Assembly: GCA_035063585.1 (NCBI GenBank)
Contig: JAPSGB010000028.1
Span: 1 to 62,121, forward strand
Direction of reading: 5' to 3'
Source: Polyangiaceae bacterium
Lineage (GTDB): Bacteria > Myxococcota_A > Polyangia > Polyangiales > Polyangiaceae
Length of the DNA: 62,121 nt
Shown here piece by piece: positions 59,645 through 62,121 of this stretch. A program made the position numbers and the translations under genes. The notes under the pieces are model-generated. The model made no database searches. It saw nothing but the letters and a program-made list of their open reading frames with translations, and was not told the DNA's origin. Each line of letters begins with the position of its first letter. Within the stretch, counting starts at the first letter, position 1.

Positions 59645-60064
59645 TCAGTGCGTCGTGGCCGGCTTCGGAGGAACGGGCTTCCGGCCCCCGGGCGAGCTCG
59701 GTACCTTTCCACCACTGGAGACCGGCTTCACCCCCTCGTCGACCGTGCCGGCCTTGGCGATCTCGGGGACGGGCTTCACCCCGTCGTCGGCCGTGCCGGC
59801 CTTGCCGATCCCGGGGGCGGGCTTCACCCCGTCGTCGGCCGTACCGGCCTTGGCGACGTTCACCGTCGGTGCCGGTCGGATCGAGTCGTCAGGGATCCCG
59901 CCGCGCGCGACGTTGACCGTCGGTCCGGCGGGTGGCCCGTTTCCTGGTGCACGCAGCTCGGTCGGCGCGGTGTCCAAGGCGGACGAGGTGTCGCACGCGG
60001 CCGCGGCGAGCGCGCCAGCAACGAGGACGGTCTTGAGAAGGTTCTGTCGAGCGAGGTTCATCAT
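59645..60064 (-). CDS. Small lipoprotein with 16-aa tandem repeats
   Basis: Signal peptide with AAAC lipobox; KAGT(A/V)D(D/E)GVKP x3. Confidence 0.7.
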   Translation of the reverse strand: MMNLARQNLLKTVLVAGALAAAACDTSSALDTAPTELRAPGNGPPAGPTVNVARGGIPDDSIRPAPTVNVAKAGTADDGVKPAPGIGKAGTADDGVKPVPEIAKAGTVDEGVKPVSSGGKVPSSPGGRKPVPPKPATTH

Positions 60065-60150
60065 GGATTCTCTTACGGTCCTCCCGAGCATTCGATGGTC
60101 ATCCATTGGGCGTATTGACAGGCCGCGAGAGCTTTCGCACGGAACGCCGC

Positions 60151-61545
60151 TCACCAGCACGCGGGCTTCGGCTTCGGGCAGCCTTGATTGTTCAGCGGCC
60201 GCGTCTGGACGCACCCGCTGACGCCCTCGAAGGTGTTCGTCGGCTGAAAGTCGATCGACGTGTCGCCGTCGCCGCGCCACCCCTCGACGATCCCGTGCCC
60301 CGCGACGTGACGGATCGTCGTGTTCGTGATGAACGCCGTCCTCCCGGCCGGGCGGTTGGTGAGCATCACGGCACCCTCGTAGTACTCGAGGTCGCTGCAC
60401 GACGCCAGGCTGCAGGCGCAGCTGGCACCCGCGTATTCGATGACGACGTGATCGAGCTTGTTCTCCGCGGAGGGGACGCCGCCGAACCAGAACCCCATCC
60501 AGTCGCCCGGCGCCGGGGAGTCTTCGGCGGAGGTAAACACGATCGGACGGTCGGCGGTGCCGAGCGCGCGCACAGCGCCGGTGGCATGAGCGTCGCTCGT
60601 CCAGGTCTCGACCTTGAACGCCTTGCCCTTCGGGAACTTCATCGTGACACCCGGCTCGATGGTCAAGGTCGCGAGCTTGTCGCCGTCCTCGTTCACGGCC
60701 ACGTTGAAGCTGCCGTCGAGCCGGTAGGGGACGCCGCGATCGTGGAGCGTCGCGTCGACCTTGAGGCCGTCGCCCGCCGTGCCCGCGCCGGCGAGGCGAA
60801 GGTAGATTTCGTCCTTCTTGTTTCCGGTGTAGCTCCCCGTCGGGAGGGCGTCGATCGAGTGCTCTTCGATGGAGATCGGAAAGGGAAACTTGTCTCCCCC
60901 TGAGCCCGTCACGACGAGATCGTGCGAGCCCGGAGCGAACGTCGCGTGTCCGAAGACCGCGACGCCAGCGCCACGGGATCCCTTCACGGTGACGTGGTCC
61001 ACGTAGAGGACCTCGGGCGCGGGCAAGGGGCCGCCGTTGCCCCGGACCTCCACCGACGCACCGTCCTGATCGTTGACGTCAGCGCCGCCGCCGCCCTCGA
61101 CCGTCACGTACGCCAGGCGCGCCACGCCGGGCGAGTTGAGCTCGAGCTTCGTCCACTCGGCGCCGTCCTGGCCGGCGATGCGAATGGGTTTGTGCGCCGT
61201 TCCCTCCGCGACGAGGTTGCCGCCCCGCGTGCCGAGGACGAGGCCCTTCTCGAGGAGGACCTCGGCGCAAGGCTCGATGGTCAGCGTGGCGCCGTCCGCG
61301 ACGTAGACGTCCCAGGTGAGGACGTGAGGGCTCGCGTCGGCCGTCCACGTCTCATCTTTACGGATGAACTCGTCGTGCTTGGTCGGTCCCTTCGTGGGCG
61401 CGGCGCACGCGATGACCGCGGGCGCGTCGACCGCCGACGCGTCGCCGGCGTCGTTCGTGTCGCCTTCGGGCGAGGAGCTCGGATCACTGCAACCGAAGAC
61501 CGCCATACCCATCGAGACCAAGAGAGCGCACGCGCGCGCGTTCAT
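60151..61545 (-). CDS. Lipoprotein with duplicated beta-helix-like domains
   Basis: Lipobox VFGC; twice LTIEP...L/V.A.GTA..PI...W; HVVIEYAG. Confidence 0.82.
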   Translation of the reverse strand: MNARACALLVSMGMAVFGCSDPSSSPEGDTNDAGDASAVDAPAVIACAAPTKGPTKHDEFIRKDETWTADASPHVLTWDVYVADGATLTIEPCAEVLLEKGLVLGTRGGNLVAEGTAHKPIRIAGQDGAEWTKLELNSPGVARLAYVTVEGGGGADVNDQDGASVEVRGNGGPLPAPEVLYVDHVTVKGSRGAGVAVFGHATFAPGSHDLVVTGSGGDKFPFPISIEEHSIDALPTGSYTGNKKDEIYLRLAGAGTAGDGLKVDATLHDRGVPYRLDGSFNVAVNEDGDKLATLTIEPGVTMKFPKGKAFKVETWTSDAHATGAVRALGTADRPIVFTSAEDSPAPGDWMGFWFGGVPSAENKLDHVVIEYAGASCACSLASCSDLEYYEGAVMLTNRPAGRTAFITNTTIRHVAGHGIVEGWRGDGDTSIDFQPTNTFEGVSGCVQTRPLNNQGCPKPKPACW

Positions 61546-62121
61546 GAGCGCGAGTCTATGGACTCGGTCGCGGGGCGCCCAGCGCGTAAAGATTTACGTA
61601 AACACGGGGCGTCAGCGCTCCCGGGGCTCGCCGACGCGAGCCTTGGCGAGCGCGTCGAACCGCGCCAGCGCCGGGGCGCGAGCTCGACATCGGCGCAGAG
61701 CTTCTTCGTGCGCGCGTCATCGAACGCGAGCGTAGCGCGGCGCCCCTCGATCTGCCGGGACGCCGTCGCCCTCGTTCGCGGGGAGCAGGGCGCCGCTCGG
61801 AGAGAGCACCGCCGCCAACCGCGGCTCGGCGGTCGCCGCGTTTCGGCGAAGCCGCGCCGGGGCCGTGAGGTGCGCCGCGAGCCTCGTGAAGAACGTGAGC
61901 CGCGCGGCCGACACCTTTGTGACCGAGAGGAGGGGTGGCTCCGATCCAGAGGCCCCACCCGCTCGCGTCGAACACGTTCACGGCGAACGTGTCGCGCGCG
62001 GAACGCGTCACGAATCGCCGCTCTCTCCGGCACAACGCGGTTTCGCGACGCGTGCCCACGCCGTCCGAGCGCCCCGCGTGCCGTCGCGCGCGCAAGACGC
62101 GTCACGAATCGACGTTCTCCC

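Noticed and set aside
61560..62121. Possible gene or pseudogene at the window end
   Set aside because: Only short, frame-inconsistent coding-like fragments with no recognisable motif; cannot be supported.

Overview
Very GC-rich bacterial chromosome segment. Gene content points to Myxococcota, probably Polyangiales: MYXO-CTERM-like tails, GltF/AgmX-type gliding proteins, and Cys-rich and Gly/Ser-linker lipoproteins. It is mostly core and accessory genes: gshB, rplU-rpmA, mutL-miaA, aroE, an aroK-aroB fusion, tadA, pepA, fbaB and fbp, an ECF sigma/anti-sigma pair, tRNA-Arg(ACG), and a complete minus-strand rRNA operon (16S, tRNA-Ile, tRNA-Ala, 23S, 5S). The best novel-system candidate is a stand-alone three-gene operon at 16344-18540. 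It resembles a type III secretion tip/filament protein plus SctE-like and SctB-like translocators, has a possible sigma28-type promoter, and no other T3SS genes are present in the window. Other notable items are a sigma54-driven non-coding RNA candidate with repeated anti-Shine-Dalgarno CUUCCUUC motifs (about 33064-33253, minus), a lipoprotein-PDZ-NuoH fusion, three genes that appear to need CTG starts, a palindromic bidirectional promoter, a 9 x 38 bp GGA-hairpin tandem array, an orphan LysR-type operator, and a patch of gene fragments that includes a decayed aroK duplicate. All calls come from reading the sequence by eye; no searches were run.
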